Assembly: GCA_052426225.1 (NCBI GenBank)
Contig: JBNJNM010000007.1
Coordinates: forward strand, 620,001-684,000
Source: Zancudomyces culisetae HAW-14-8
Lineage: Eukaryota > Fungi > Kickxellomycota
DNA length: 64,000 nt
Direction of reading: 5' to 3'
The notes under the pieces are model-generated. The model was not told where the DNA came from. It saw only the letters and a program-made list of their open reading frames with translations, and did no database searches. Both the position numbers and the translations under genes were made by a program. Shown here piece by piece: positions 27,396 to 40,032 of the stretch; position 1 is the stretch's first letter, and the number at the start of each line of letters is the position of its first letter.

Positions 27396-29333
27396 TTTTA
27401 CCCTTTTTTATTTTATTTTATTGATACTGTGCTTTATTGTATATATTCCCTTTTATTCATATATATGTTACAATTATTTCAAAGCTGTGTAGTTTTGCAG
27501 TTGTTTTGCAGTTGTTTTTTTTTTACACCCCTTTTTTTTTGTTATCCTTGGTAAGTAACTAGTTAGAAGTATGCATACATTTATCTCTACACGCACTATT
27601 AACTCCTTTTCTATTTTCCGTTCTCTTCAACTTTTAAAAAAACCAACGAGCGTTATTTATTTTATATTTTATTGTATATATTTGTTATTTCCTCTTCCCT
27701 TTCCTTTAGGTGCATAGATATATTAATTTTTTTAAATTTTTTTTTTTTTACTAATTTTATTTATTGATTTTTTCTATCTAGCAAATAGATAGAGCCTAAA
27801 ATATTAATTAAAAGTAATAGCACAAAAAATAACAAAATATAGCCAATACAATCTTCTTGTTTTCCACTTTATATGAGCCAAAAAAGTTTTCTTTATTTTT
27901 TTTTTGATTAAATAGAAACTGGATGATTCTCTCACTCTCACTATACTCTTTCCATTTCCTCCACATTGCTTATCAAAAAAAAAAAAAATGCTAAAAAAAA
28001 TTTTTTATTTACCATTTTCCATTTTCTACTTTCCACCTTTCATTTAACACTTTTACTTTGCTTTTAAGCTTTTGATCGGATGCTTTTTTTTTCAAAGATT
28101 ATATTATTCTACGAATACATGTTTTTGATATCATACATCTCGTTACCTTTTTTTATATTTAGTGTTTTATGGTGGAAATTATCAATCTCCTAACAATTCT
28201 TGGCTTTATTAATGAATTCTCTTTTTTTTTGACTGATCCACTTTAAATAGTAGTTTTACTCACAGGGCAAGATATTATAGTTATATACTACAACTACCAA
28301 CATGTTATTCTGCTACTCTTTTCTTGACTAGAAAGCAGGTCATAGAGTTTATTCCTTGAGATCCTCATTTCTCATTTTTTTCTTTAGCAAACTTTAATGA
28401 TCATTAATTGATTTATTCAACATGTAGGCAGGAGTTCCAAAGAATCCTTTTTTCGATGAAACTCTTTAAAACTGAACACTTAAAGAATCTCCCATAAATG
28501 AAAAAAGGGAACCTTAGCCAAAATCATATTTGATTTTTACTTGTTGATATATAACCTTTTGGTAGACCATAATGGGCAGGAGAAAAAATATACATATTTA
28601 TAAGTGTGTGTACAAAAGTTCAAATTGACATGATCAACCTTCACTTTTGCTTATCTCACACTTGTTCCCATTACAGTACAATAACGGTCAAGAGTACATT
28701 TTTTTCCATTAAAATTGTTGGCCCCTAACCCCCTTTTTATAAGCCATTTGGATCTACCAACTCATTATACGCTTTTGACTGAGCGAATAATTCGCGTTAA
28801 TTTGACTTTAGCTCAAGAATTATGGGTAAATTTGGATCACTTTTAATTTGCCCATTACTGATAATTCTTACACAACCCAAATTTACTCTGAATTACACTT
28901 TTTTCTTTTTACAATTTATTGACTATGTACCGCCACATGTACACTTTGGAATACACTTATTATTCACACCAGGTATACTTTATTGTGGGCTTAACAACCC
29001 TCGCATTTTCACTCTGATATTTTCATACCATACCCCACACAGTTTTTTTGTTTTAGATTTTTTTGTTTTAGATCAATGTATATTGGCAAAATAAACAACT
29101 CTTTTCGAGTTTTCTTTTGTCTTGTTTTTTTTTTGTGGTGCTTTATAATTCGGTTTAAATCACAAGGTTATTATACTTTAATTATTGTTAAAGATAAATG
29201 GGAGCTGAAAAGTCTAAGATCATAAGTTAAAATCCAAATAAACCATAATTTACTAAATAAAATTCACCAAAGAGGTTATGGGAGGCTATACTCGTAACAA
29301 TAAAATAAGCATCACAGTCGTTTTTTTTTTAAT

Positions 29334-30443
29334 CTACAAAACCAGTTGTAAGATTAAAAGTACTGCAACAGTAAAAGTACCCAGGTCAAGGAGTCTGAAA
29401 CGGGTTGTTGAGATTGCAGCAGAAGTGTCCGATATTGTGGATGATGTGGATGACTTGGATGACTTGGAGGTGCTGCCAATCGAGGTTGATGTTGATACAA
29501 CTATAGATGTAGATGTTTTGACAGAAGAGGTGGTTGAATCTTTAGAGGTCGTTTTTGATGTAACAACTTCTGTTTCAGAAGATTGAGTAGTAGTGCTGTC
29601 ACTGGTGCTCTGAGTACTAGAAGTTGGTGTTGAACTAGAAGTAGTAGACTCTTCAGAAGATGAGGTTGAAGAAGAAGAAGTGGAGGAGGAGGAGGAGGAT
29701 GACGAAGTAGTAGTGGGAGACAAAGTGGTTGAAGAAGAGGTGGAAGAAGATGTGGAAGAAGAAGAAGACGAAGATGTGGATACTGATACCGATGATGATG
29801 ACGATGTCGATGATGTCGGTGGTGGTGTCAGTGATGAGCTGGTCGTAGGATTGGTAGAGTTTCCTGGTGTATCAATTGGGAAATAGTGGCTATAGTAGTT
29901 TTCTCCTGTGGCATCTCTTATGGCAATTGCGTACCAATCTGAGTATGGCAATCCTCCTGGAACCGAAACTGTGTATGGGGATTGAGAAAACTGGACGCCT
30001 GAGGCCAATGTAGCCAAGTTGCTCATATTGTTACCATCTGCTCCTTCATAAAGGATAATTGAGAATGGTGGGTTGTTTGTACCTGTCAAAGCTCTATATT
30101 ACAAAAGAACCACACGTGTTAGGTTTGCAAATGAATCTCAATATACTCAAGAAATAGTTATAAAAACAAAAAAACACAAATACAAATGCAATGAAAAATA
30201 TGGGTAATACAAGTCCGGTGTGTTCAACTTTATGCTAATACCTTTGAGAATAAAGCTGTGCAGTTCAAATACAAACCCAAGTAGTAATAAATAAATAAGT
30301 AAATAAATAAAAGACACTTACACAAAATCAACAATACCGGTACTTCCTGATACCCATACCGACGAAATATCTGGTTTATTGATTGCGACGCTTCCGAAAG
30401 CCGAGCCCAGGGCCAAAAGTGAAATCAAAAGTGGTTTTATCAT
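29334..30443 (-). CDS. Second Kre9/KNH-like Ser/Thr-rich GPI-anchored protein; 2 exons (30443-30322, 30093-29334)
   Basis: Signal peptide MIKPLLISLLALGSAFG, YAIAIRDATGENYYSHYF, an S/T stalk and a hydrophobic tail. Same intron position and phase as the 6320-7232 gene. Confidence 0.85.
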
Positions 30444-33032
30444 TATTGTATTTTGTTTAAACACGTATTTTTTGGTTTGAAAGGATAAAAATAGTCGAGT
30501 ACGCAATGTTTAGTAGTGTTAGTAGGGAATATATAGTTTGGTAAGGTTTTCTTTTTTTATCGATGATGAAATCCAAGTGGAAATGGAAATGGAATTGCTT
30601 TTTATATCATTATATTACAATTAGATTTTTAATAAATCTACAGATTTATTTGCTTACTATACCTACATGTTCAAGTTTTATTTTTACAAAAACTTCAATA
30701 CTGATTAAAATTAAACGAACGATAAAAATAGGAAGCAATTACAGAGCCCAATCATAAATAATATTAATAGTCCCACAAATTGGTAAGAAAGATTAATTTT
30801 TGCATCGTTAATTGCCGCAATTGGATAGGCCCATACAATTGTCGGAGAATATTGTATTAGCTTATTCATTGTTGTAGTACACAAAATGAAATATTTTTAA
30901 AATTAGCTTATCCGTTTTGTAGGAACGGATTTATTGCGAATAATCCTGCAGAATTAGATTGGCACTTTCTAATTGTCAAGAATTTCTTATTTACATTTTT
31001 AAAAATTGCTGCCAAATCTTTCTCGCTGCGTTTTGACCTTCAGGAGAAAAGCTAAAAAGAGGGGGGTGGAGAGGAACAAAGGTGGAGTGAGAGAAATAAC
31101 TGCAAGTTAAAGTGTCTGATGATAATATTTGGTATCAAATCCCAGTTGAAATTCTAAATTGGTATTGGTGTTTGAGTTTTTTTTTATTTGGTTTTTTCAG
31201 ATTTACTACTCGCTTTAGCTTTTTTTTATTATTCAAACAATAACGTATTTTAAACTGTTAAAAGATGGTTTAGTAATAAACATCTAAAAGATCATGTTCT
31301 GGAACAAAATGCCATTTTGGTGTTGATTTACTGGGAACCGTTCAGCATAAGCAGATCCAATAAATTCCAAAATATAAAATATAAACAGCAAAAGCATGTC
31401 CAATTAACCATGCTTTTGTTTGGAGAAAAAATATTTAGGTTGCTCGTGGTACTAGCTGTTTGTAGAAAACGATGCTAACCCTTTTTAGTACTTTGCCACT
31501 AGAGCTTAAACATAAACAGAATTCTTACTAAAGCGAATGAACAAAATGCCCTTAACTAACATAAATAGCCTTATACTCAACCCTCCCCTTTTATTACTTC
31601 CTACGGAATGTTTGTTGACTTGCCTTCCCTCCCCTTCTTTTCCCCGCAAAAGATACAAGTGTTCTGAAGGCTGCTGGATTTAAAAAAGATTTTGCAAACC
31701 TTAGGGTTTTCGCATGCTCCTGGAAAAAAAGACATCAACTCCACTTGCGATATTTTCAATCAAAAAACCGATAAAGAAATGCCCGTAGTATTAATTCAGC
31801 CATTCTATTCATTTTTAGTGACTATGGGGATATAAAATACTAGAGTTCTTGGTATCTCTTACTATGCCAATGAACTACTATAACCATTTCAGCCACAAAA
31901 CTTGATAAGAGTGTAAATTATGGATGCTGGTTTACATACTTCAAAACGTTTTACCCAATTCGTTTATATCTTAGAAAAAAACCCATGACTAATATTTTCA
32001 TGAGTTGTGAATAATCCTAGACTTGAATATATTTGAATTATTCGTTTGTATGTGTATAATCAAAATGTACTTGTAGTGTACCATATTGGGGAGTCAGTAT
32101 TAAAATCATCCTCACCAGCCAGTGTAATTACCTCCGGTTTATCTTTTCTCACAACCGGATATATTAAAAAAAAGTTTATTTGGCAGTAAAGCTGAATTAA
32201 GTTTTCAGAACGGCTGAAGCAATAGTTAAAAGTAAGCAAACTATATAATGTTTGTTCTAGATATAAGCTAAGCCGAATGTTAAGTGCTGATCTTGACCGA
32301 AAATCTCGTTAATTTGAATCAAATGGTGATAATCAAGAAAAGATTTTATTTGGCTTTGATAGTTTATTCATTTTGCTAATACAGTTTAACAGATGGTCTT
32401 TTTTTTTTACATGAATCTTTTCGTTTATTTAAACAATGACATTGTTGAGAATAATATAATTACTGCTAAAAGTTTAGCAAGTCCATATTCAGCTCCAACG
32501 AAAATACTGCTGAAAAAGCATATCATTACACATGTATCTTACTCATAAACGATAACTGCAATAAACTTACGATACAACCCACCTGCTGTACTAAGGCCCT
32601 ATGATAATACTGGTGCATATACTCTTGAATGGGAATTTCTTGACACTATTATAACATTGCTTTTGAAATAAATCCTGGAATGCGTGAATTTCAACATGGT
32701 CACGCAGAAGAACCTGTCACTTTTATTTGACGAATTACGAAAAAAATGGGTACAAAAACAAAAAAGTGAAAACCAAATTAACCAATTTTCTCCAAGCCTT
32801 TAAACAGCAAGTCAAAAGACCATTGGCTAGATTCAAAATTAGAGCTCAATGAAAAGCATTAAACCAAAAACGCAAACACACAATAACGCTTTCTGACATG
32901 CAACAATACCAAGGAATATACTCTTTCTTTCTTTCTTTGTTTTTTTGGTTTGTATAATTTAGGTCAACCACTTCTGCCTTTATACTCTGTCGAAAAGGAA
33001 AAAGTATATATTCAAACGAATTTACAGTAATA

Positions 33033-33836
33033 ATGCTGGATGCTAGAGATAAATTCACTCTGGATATACAGAGAGCTGCGGAAATATTAAGCAATGAACG
33101 AATCAAAGGAAATGAGGTAGATGTTGTAAGAAGTAACCTTGCTAAAAAAGACGAAAATGTTTTGACTCAAAACGTACAGCCCACTGGACAACAGAATAAA
33201 CTGGTGATGGAAAGGAGGGCAAAAAAATCAATCAATAGCGAAAAGCTAATTAAATATATATCAAGTGCGGTTTTAGAGATGAATGAGTCTATTAATTCTC
33301 TGCTTCTGTCATGCAAATACCTTGGCTCTGGTATACTTAATTACACATATAGTACGTCCGAGAAAATATCAGAAAACTTTCATTTATCCAATCCTAAGGT
33401 TACAGAAAAAGAAAACTCAATATTGCCATTCCAAAACACAGTGCAAAATATTAAAAGAAATCGCAAGTTTAGTAAGTATTTAAAAAGTACAAACATACAG
33501 CATTAGTTTAAACTTACAACAAGTAACAACTAAATGGTATATACGTACCCGTGATTTTTAGAGACCATAACTGTCCGAAAGAATGGTAGAAAACAAATTT
33601 TAGGCAATAGTATTGGCGAAAACAGTGGGTTTCGCACACTTCTTAGTGAAACCAAACCCAGAGCTAAACGTATAGGAGCAGGGACTATAGACTATATATC
33701 TTCTTTTCGGCAAGATACGATTGATATGTGGCTTTTTATTCTTATAAGTCTTTTACTGATTTTGGCGATTATAAATACATTTTCAGCATCCAAGCTCAGA
33801 GGAAAACTCAAGATAAATCGAGTACTTGAAAAATGA
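33033..33836 (+). CDS. Uncharacterised protein with a C-terminal TM helix (exons 33033-33471, 33562-33836); possibly the surviving 3' part of a longer decayed gene
   Basis: A GTAAGT..TAG intron joins the 157-aa ORF in frame to an exon ending WLFILISLLLILAIINTFSASKLRGKLKINRVLEK*. Confidence 0.5.
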
Positions 33837-35189
33837 GCAGTGGTTGTTGATGTGTATTAAGAAATTTCAAGTCTGTGGCTTTTGGTTGTATATTATGATG
33901 TTAACTGGATCTGAACAGTGTATTTTGTGTGTATTTTGTGTGTATTTTGTGTGTACTTTGTTTTTGTGTTTGTGCTTTCGTTTTATGAAATAAATGTCAT
34001 ATCTTGACTGGTTACCATAAGATTAAACTGGTGATAGAAGTTTGGTATGGTTGGGTAGATTTAAAATGTAAAATGCAAGATACCAATCAGTTGGTGTTGG
34101 TTTCTGTAGTGTGTTGTAATTACAGGGTTTTCTTAATTATTTTTGTATCATGCGGAAAATTCTGTAAACTTTTACGGCCAGGACAAAAATCCAAATGCTT
34201 GTATTTGGCGTGTTAACTCCAAGTCATTTAGCAACATTTCATTATTATTCCAGTTTTACAATACCTGATATTTGTTTTTTCACCAATCCAAATGCTAAAT
34301 AAACTCTAGAATTGTTAAAGCAAAGGTCTTAATTAATACTGGCGGATACTTTTTTTACATCACAGTAAATATATAACTAATAAAAAAATCAATACTAGTT
34401 TGATTGTTTTAGTGAGATTCACATCTGTTGGATCGTTGGGGGATAATTTTTCGGTAACTAGTATTTGAATGAGACGTTTGTACTCAATTAGCCTTGCTGG
34501 GATAAGAATATGAAAGTTAGCCAAGAGTTTGCCTAGATCCTATTTATATTACATTTTTTATATGTAATATTTTATTGGCTAGTTTACACATCATAAAATT
34601 ATTCTCTCTCTTCATAATCTTGCAAGATATTGAGATGAAAGTATACCTCTTGTCTATTATCACTGATGTATGTTTGTATATAAAAAACGACACAATCGTG
34701 TTTTTTTGTCTAAAAATAATTAGTGCTGTATTGGTCCAGCAAATACTACATACCCCAAACCTATGAAAATGCCTCTATTTAAACAGAAATTGTACTGTTC
34801 ACTAAACTTGCAACCAGATATTACCTAAGAGCAAAATATCCAAAACTTAAAATCAAATCAATTAGTGAACAAAATTATACCAGTGATGTTTGCCAAAACC
34901 AGCCATGAAAAAAAAATTCAAGCAAATCACGACTTTTAGAACTGAAGAAATCCATAATCTAAATCAAGCACAAAAAAAAATACCAGAGCTAGATGATAAC
35001 CCAACAATTTTCGGGTTGACTAGTATTAGCTAGCTTGAATTTCCCATGTTTCGACGATTATCCTGTTTTTTGAGCAATAAGTGAAAGTATTTCTGGAAGC
35101 TCAACTTTGTTCAAAGAAACCATTTTTGACCTTACAAATATATATATATAGAATTCCTTTCGTTAAATGAATCACCAATAATCTGGAAA

Positions 35190-35779
35190 ATGGGGTCAAA
35201 AAAATCAAGTTTCATCAAAGTATTATTAGTTGCCATACTTGTTACATGCCTTCTTGCAGCGGCGAATGCAAAATCCTCAATAGTAAAAAGAAAATGGGGA
35301 ATACGTGGTAAGTAGTGTTTTTTTTTTTGAGTTTGCAGTATGGTTTTTCCACTTGTAATACATATGTAATAAGGAGCTATAAGTGTTAACAACGGTACTA
35401 AACTACATGTTAAAATTTAGAGCGAGAAGAAAATGAACAAAACGTTCAGAACCAGGTATACAGGATTTACAAGCGGAATTTATTACCAAGACAAGAAAGC
35501 ACGCAGCGATCAAGTGGAACTACAACAAACAAATCACAGACGTCGACAAACACATCACAAACGTCGACAAAAACAGCACAATCCACTAATAGTAGCACAA
35601 ACCAAACATCCAGCACAACAACCAAGTCTTCGACTCCGCCACTAGTGAATCCCAATGTTACGTTCAGTCAAAACTTACCGTCAACTTTTTTCCTGAATGG
35701 TGGAGTGAACACAGAGTTCCAAGCTATAACCACATGTGCTATGTTAATAGTGATTGTAGCCTTTTTGCAGTTGGTGTGA
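35190..35779 (+). CDS. Small secreted Ser/Thr-rich, probably GPI-anchored protein with two KR sites; 2 exons (35190-35307, 35421-35779)
   Basis: MGSKKSSFIKVLLVAILVTCLLAAANA signal peptide, in-frame splice, S/T/N/Q stalk, tail AITTCAMLIVIVAFLQLV*. Missed by the ORF track. Confidence 0.75.
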
Positions 35780-36109
35780 TAAACAAAGCTTTGATTACTC
35801 TAATAAATTGAGCATAGATATTGTTTTTTTGACAAACACACCTTTCTTGTGCGTGAATATGCTGATAAAGAATAAAATTAAAACAGGTTCATCGATTTAG
35901 TTTAATTTAATATAGCTGTTCTACTATTTAAATGACAACAGAACTATTAGAAAAAAGATTAATAAGAGGTACAAGTAATATAATAACAGTATGAATATTG
36001 AAAAAACAGTTTGCCCAATTTTACAGTTGGTTGTATCCCTAAAACACAAAAAAAAAACAAATATAAGAGTAGGGTAGGGTAGGGTAGGGATGGTGATGTG
36101 GAGGTAATA

Positions 36110-38043
36110 CTACAAAATTGTACACATGGGCTTGTGTTTGATACCAAACATGGCATGCAATTCTTCATTCTCGGCTCTATGTATATCCGTTTTATGTTTG
36201 CGCAACTCTTGTGGGAAATACAGTTTTATCATGTTTTTCATAGCCTTATCAATGTTTTCTACATACCAAATCAAGATTAATTACATTGATGATCGTAATG
36301 AGGTAGGTGAGGAAATAATGAAAGAGAACAGTCGTGAGTATACTTACTTCTTTTTACATTGACCAAGGCATACTGGTGTCTACAAATGGGGCAGTTGGCG
36401 TTGCCTTTGTTTCGTGATATAACAATACATTTGAAGCACATTACATGGCCACACTCAAGGCGGGTGGGTTTAAGCAAGACATTAATGCATATTGGACATT
36501 CATAGTCGCCTATATAGGGCAAAACTGTGACGAATCGTTTCTATTTATTTTTTATTTTTTGCATATGTTCATGATTTATCCGTCAAATGGTTCATACATA
36601 ATCCAATGATTGTGAAAATATTTACATGTAACAAGGAAGCTAGGCTAGAATAAGGATTGGAGTCAAAAGCTGAAAATATACTCAGGGTATGCGATACAAT
36701 CCTATTATAGCATAAAAGACGTGTTAATAATTAAATTATAGAAAATAAAACCCGGTAGTATATTGGAGTATAGTGTAGCCACTTACTTTAGGCCTGTCCT
36801 TCGGTTATGCTTTTTGATGATTTTCCGTGTGGCAGTGTGGTTTAGCTGCATCAAAATATTGAGTGTGATTAACTCCCTATTTAGCTATTTTATCACCCAA
36901 AATACTTATTGTAGCAATGCTCGCATATAACTGAGACTTTGACCTTGAGATAAAAATAGTAATAATATCTAAAATATTAATAAAACCTGAGGCGTACCTT
37001 GTCGAATTCATTGAAAAGATAAAGAGATCTCGGTCGAAGTTTCTGCAAGAGTCGAGACTTTTGTAATCTCTGTAAAAACACGCCATATGTGCTGTTGGCT
37101 TCAAGTTTCCATTCGCACGGCAGTTCGTTAGCCTTTTCAAACTTCAGCACACTTTCTTCAATATATAGTTCAAAAATCTTTTGCCATATAGCCAAGTCCT
37201 TTTCGTATGGTGAGGTTACGCCTAAAAGTATGTCGCTTAGAGTCTCAATACTCTCGTGAAATACGCCTTTGGTTTCATTTTCAAAGTTTTTTATCAATTC
37301 GACCGAGCTGTATATCTTTTCATAAAATTCTTGTTCGCTCTTCAAAACTAGCGTTGTTGAACTATAACATAGTATATAGCATAAAATATATTTAACAACG
37401 AATCAAGAGATAGAGATGGCTAATGTGAAAACGGGGGCAAGGAATGGTGATATATATACCTTGATAAGTCGGTGGGTTCTGTTGTTTTGGATATACTCAG
37501 AGTTTTCCCGTTCTCGTCTTTGACTACCAAGCCTTTTTCGCTGTATAAATTTATGGCATCATCGCTACCGTCGTCTATAACCAAATTGAGTTGATAAACA
37601 TAAAGTTATAGTATTTACAAGTTTTACTATGTCTATGCTTTGATAAGTATTATAATAATTTTACTTTTTGTAGCGGCCGATAACTCGATTATACCAGAAG
37701 TTGATGTTGGGGACGAGCAAGAAATAGTCTCGATACTATCACCAGAACCTCCTTGATTTTTTACAGATACAATACTGTCAGAATCCGGTAAGTGGTGTTC
37801 CTAAAAAACGAAAATGTGCAAATCATAAAAATGGTCAATTTTGAGTAACAAAGGCAGTATTAGGTACGAATAATGCGAGATAAATACGAGCAATTTATTT
37901 ATACACACCTGTTTGAGAGACTTGTCCAGCTCTACAACCACACTATTGATATACTTTTTTAGATCGCGGTATGGTACCAAGTACAATCTCCATTCTTCCG
38001 GAAAAAGGTTTTCCTTTTCTCGCATGTATTTGCTATATTTCAT
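36110..38043 (-). CDS. SPX-RING E3 ubiquitin ligase (NLA / Pqr1-like), multi-exon
   Basis: SPX start MKYSKY..PEEW..YRDLKKYIN, SPX end QLNHTATRKIIKKHNRRT, C3HC4 RING CPIC..CGH..CFKC..CPICR, then MIKLYFPQE...PMCTIL*. Confidence 0.88.
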
Positions 38044-38561
38044 TTCCAACTGTTCTTTCGTAATTTCCAGGCGTTACTTTTTTTTTTAAACTTTGAAGTT
38101 TTGGTGTCAGGATAAATGTTTTTGAATGTTATGAATTCCAAAAAGAGAAATAAAAAGCAGGTTGGGTAAAATCTTATCTGTTCTCATGGAAATAGCGGAA
38201 GGGTGGGAGTCATTTCCCTTGTATTTCTATTTTAGTGTTTGAGTTAAATCTAAAAGAGTACAGTTACTAAACTAAAATGAAAGTTTTGTGTGAAAAAGTT
38301 CAATTATAATGAATTGGGTTAACGTGAAAACGAGATTAATAATGATATTCCCATTCTTTGATGATGATAGATTCCTGTTCCTTTTCTTTCCTGAACGGGT
38401 CTATTTAAGGCAATTAAATTTGATGGAAAGATAAAAAAGGGTAAATGGAATTAGTGGGACTAAGGAACGTGGTTATCAGATTGGCTACTAACCCTCTTTG
38501 TTTTATTTCTCACCTATTTAGAGGCGTGTGAGGTATAATAAATTAGGAAAGTTAGGTGAAG

Positions 38562-38615
38562 AGGGGGGGTAGGGGATAGGGTATAGGGGATAGGGGATAG
38601 GGGATAGGGGATGGG
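38562..38615 (+). repeat. (ATAGGGG)n G-rich tandem repeat, G-quadruplex-capable
   Basis: About eight consecutive G3-G7 tracts with 2-4 nt spacers. Confidence 0.85.
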
Positions 38616-40032
38616 AAATAGAATGTCCGAAACACACTCAATGGTTGCAGCGGGATTTTTGTGCCAAAACCGCGTATTGTTTCATGGCCAAACTTCGAAT
38701 TGTAAACTATTGTCATGTGACGAAAAAAAGTAACAAGGATTGAAAATGATGAGCTGGTAGGCTTTAATGACGTGATTTACAAAAAAAGGTTTGATTACAC
38801 ATCTTATTTGTAAGATAATGACTCAGGAGGTAAGAGGTAAGAGGTAAGAGGAGCGAAAATGTAGTTGCTAATACAGTCTATAATGTGCGAATATTGCAAA
38901 TGAGGTTTAATAGAGCAAAAGAAAAAAAGAGCAAGTATAATGTGGGTGATGAAACATATGTTGGTACTTGAAAATAGAAAAGACTACACAAGCTAATCGG
39001 TCAATGCTTGATGACTAAGGGTGATGTGGAGATGGTGGTGTTTTTTATCAACCACAAGAAACGCTTACACACCGATTAAAGTATTAATCACGTCACTCTT
39101 TATTTTTAAAAAAAGTATCAATTTTACGTTACAGGAACACTCGAAATACTTGGAGTGGTGATATGCTGGTTAATTTGGATAGTGTTATGGAGAGAAAGGG
39201 ATGGGGATGGGGATGGGATATGAAAGCTACGATGAGATTAAAAAGTCCTATTTATGCGTTTTAAAGGACGGAGAATGAAAAAGAAGGTTGGTGGTTTATT
39301 TGAAAGAAGAATATCCAAAAAAAAAAACCCCTCCCGCTCAGAGCTAGGATTTGAATCGGGTTGAAAGCAGTAAATATAATAAAAGGTGAATAACACAAAA
39401 ATACCACATAAAACTATATATTTTGAATAAAGTGCAGAATTAAATTGGGTACTTGTTGGGTGTGCCAAGCTAAGTAGTCAAGTTAAATAGCCAAGAACTA
39501 TTATATAATTAGACAAATTGGGGCAACAAAGGAGAAGAGGGAGAGAGAGAGGAATAGATTATGTGTATAGAAAAGAATGTAATACGATTAAAGTAAATAA
39601 TATACAGTTTTTGTTGGATGCGAAAAAATGTAAAAACAAGCGGAATCTTTTTAAAGAGCAAGAGAAATTATGGATATGCAGGTCTGTACCAAAAGAGCAA
39701 GTACAAAACCTAGTGAATGTGTATGAGTGTAGAATATCGATTTGGTTGAGTGTGGAGTGGTGAGTGAGGTAATGTGGTAATGTGGACCTAATACCAATAT
39801 TACTATTTTTGCAGATTCTTCAGGTGGGTTAGCCAAATTTTTTGTTGGCAGTTTTAAATAAAAAAAAAGCAAAAGGCTATTTGGTAAATGTTTACATTAT
39901 TTCATTTTCGAGTATAAATTATGTTTGGGTGATTTTAATTTATCGGTGGTTTCAACAGTATTTAATAACTAAATGAAGAAATATTGTTTAAGAAGGAAAA
40001 AAGAAAGAGAAACAAAAAAAAAGAGGAAATAA

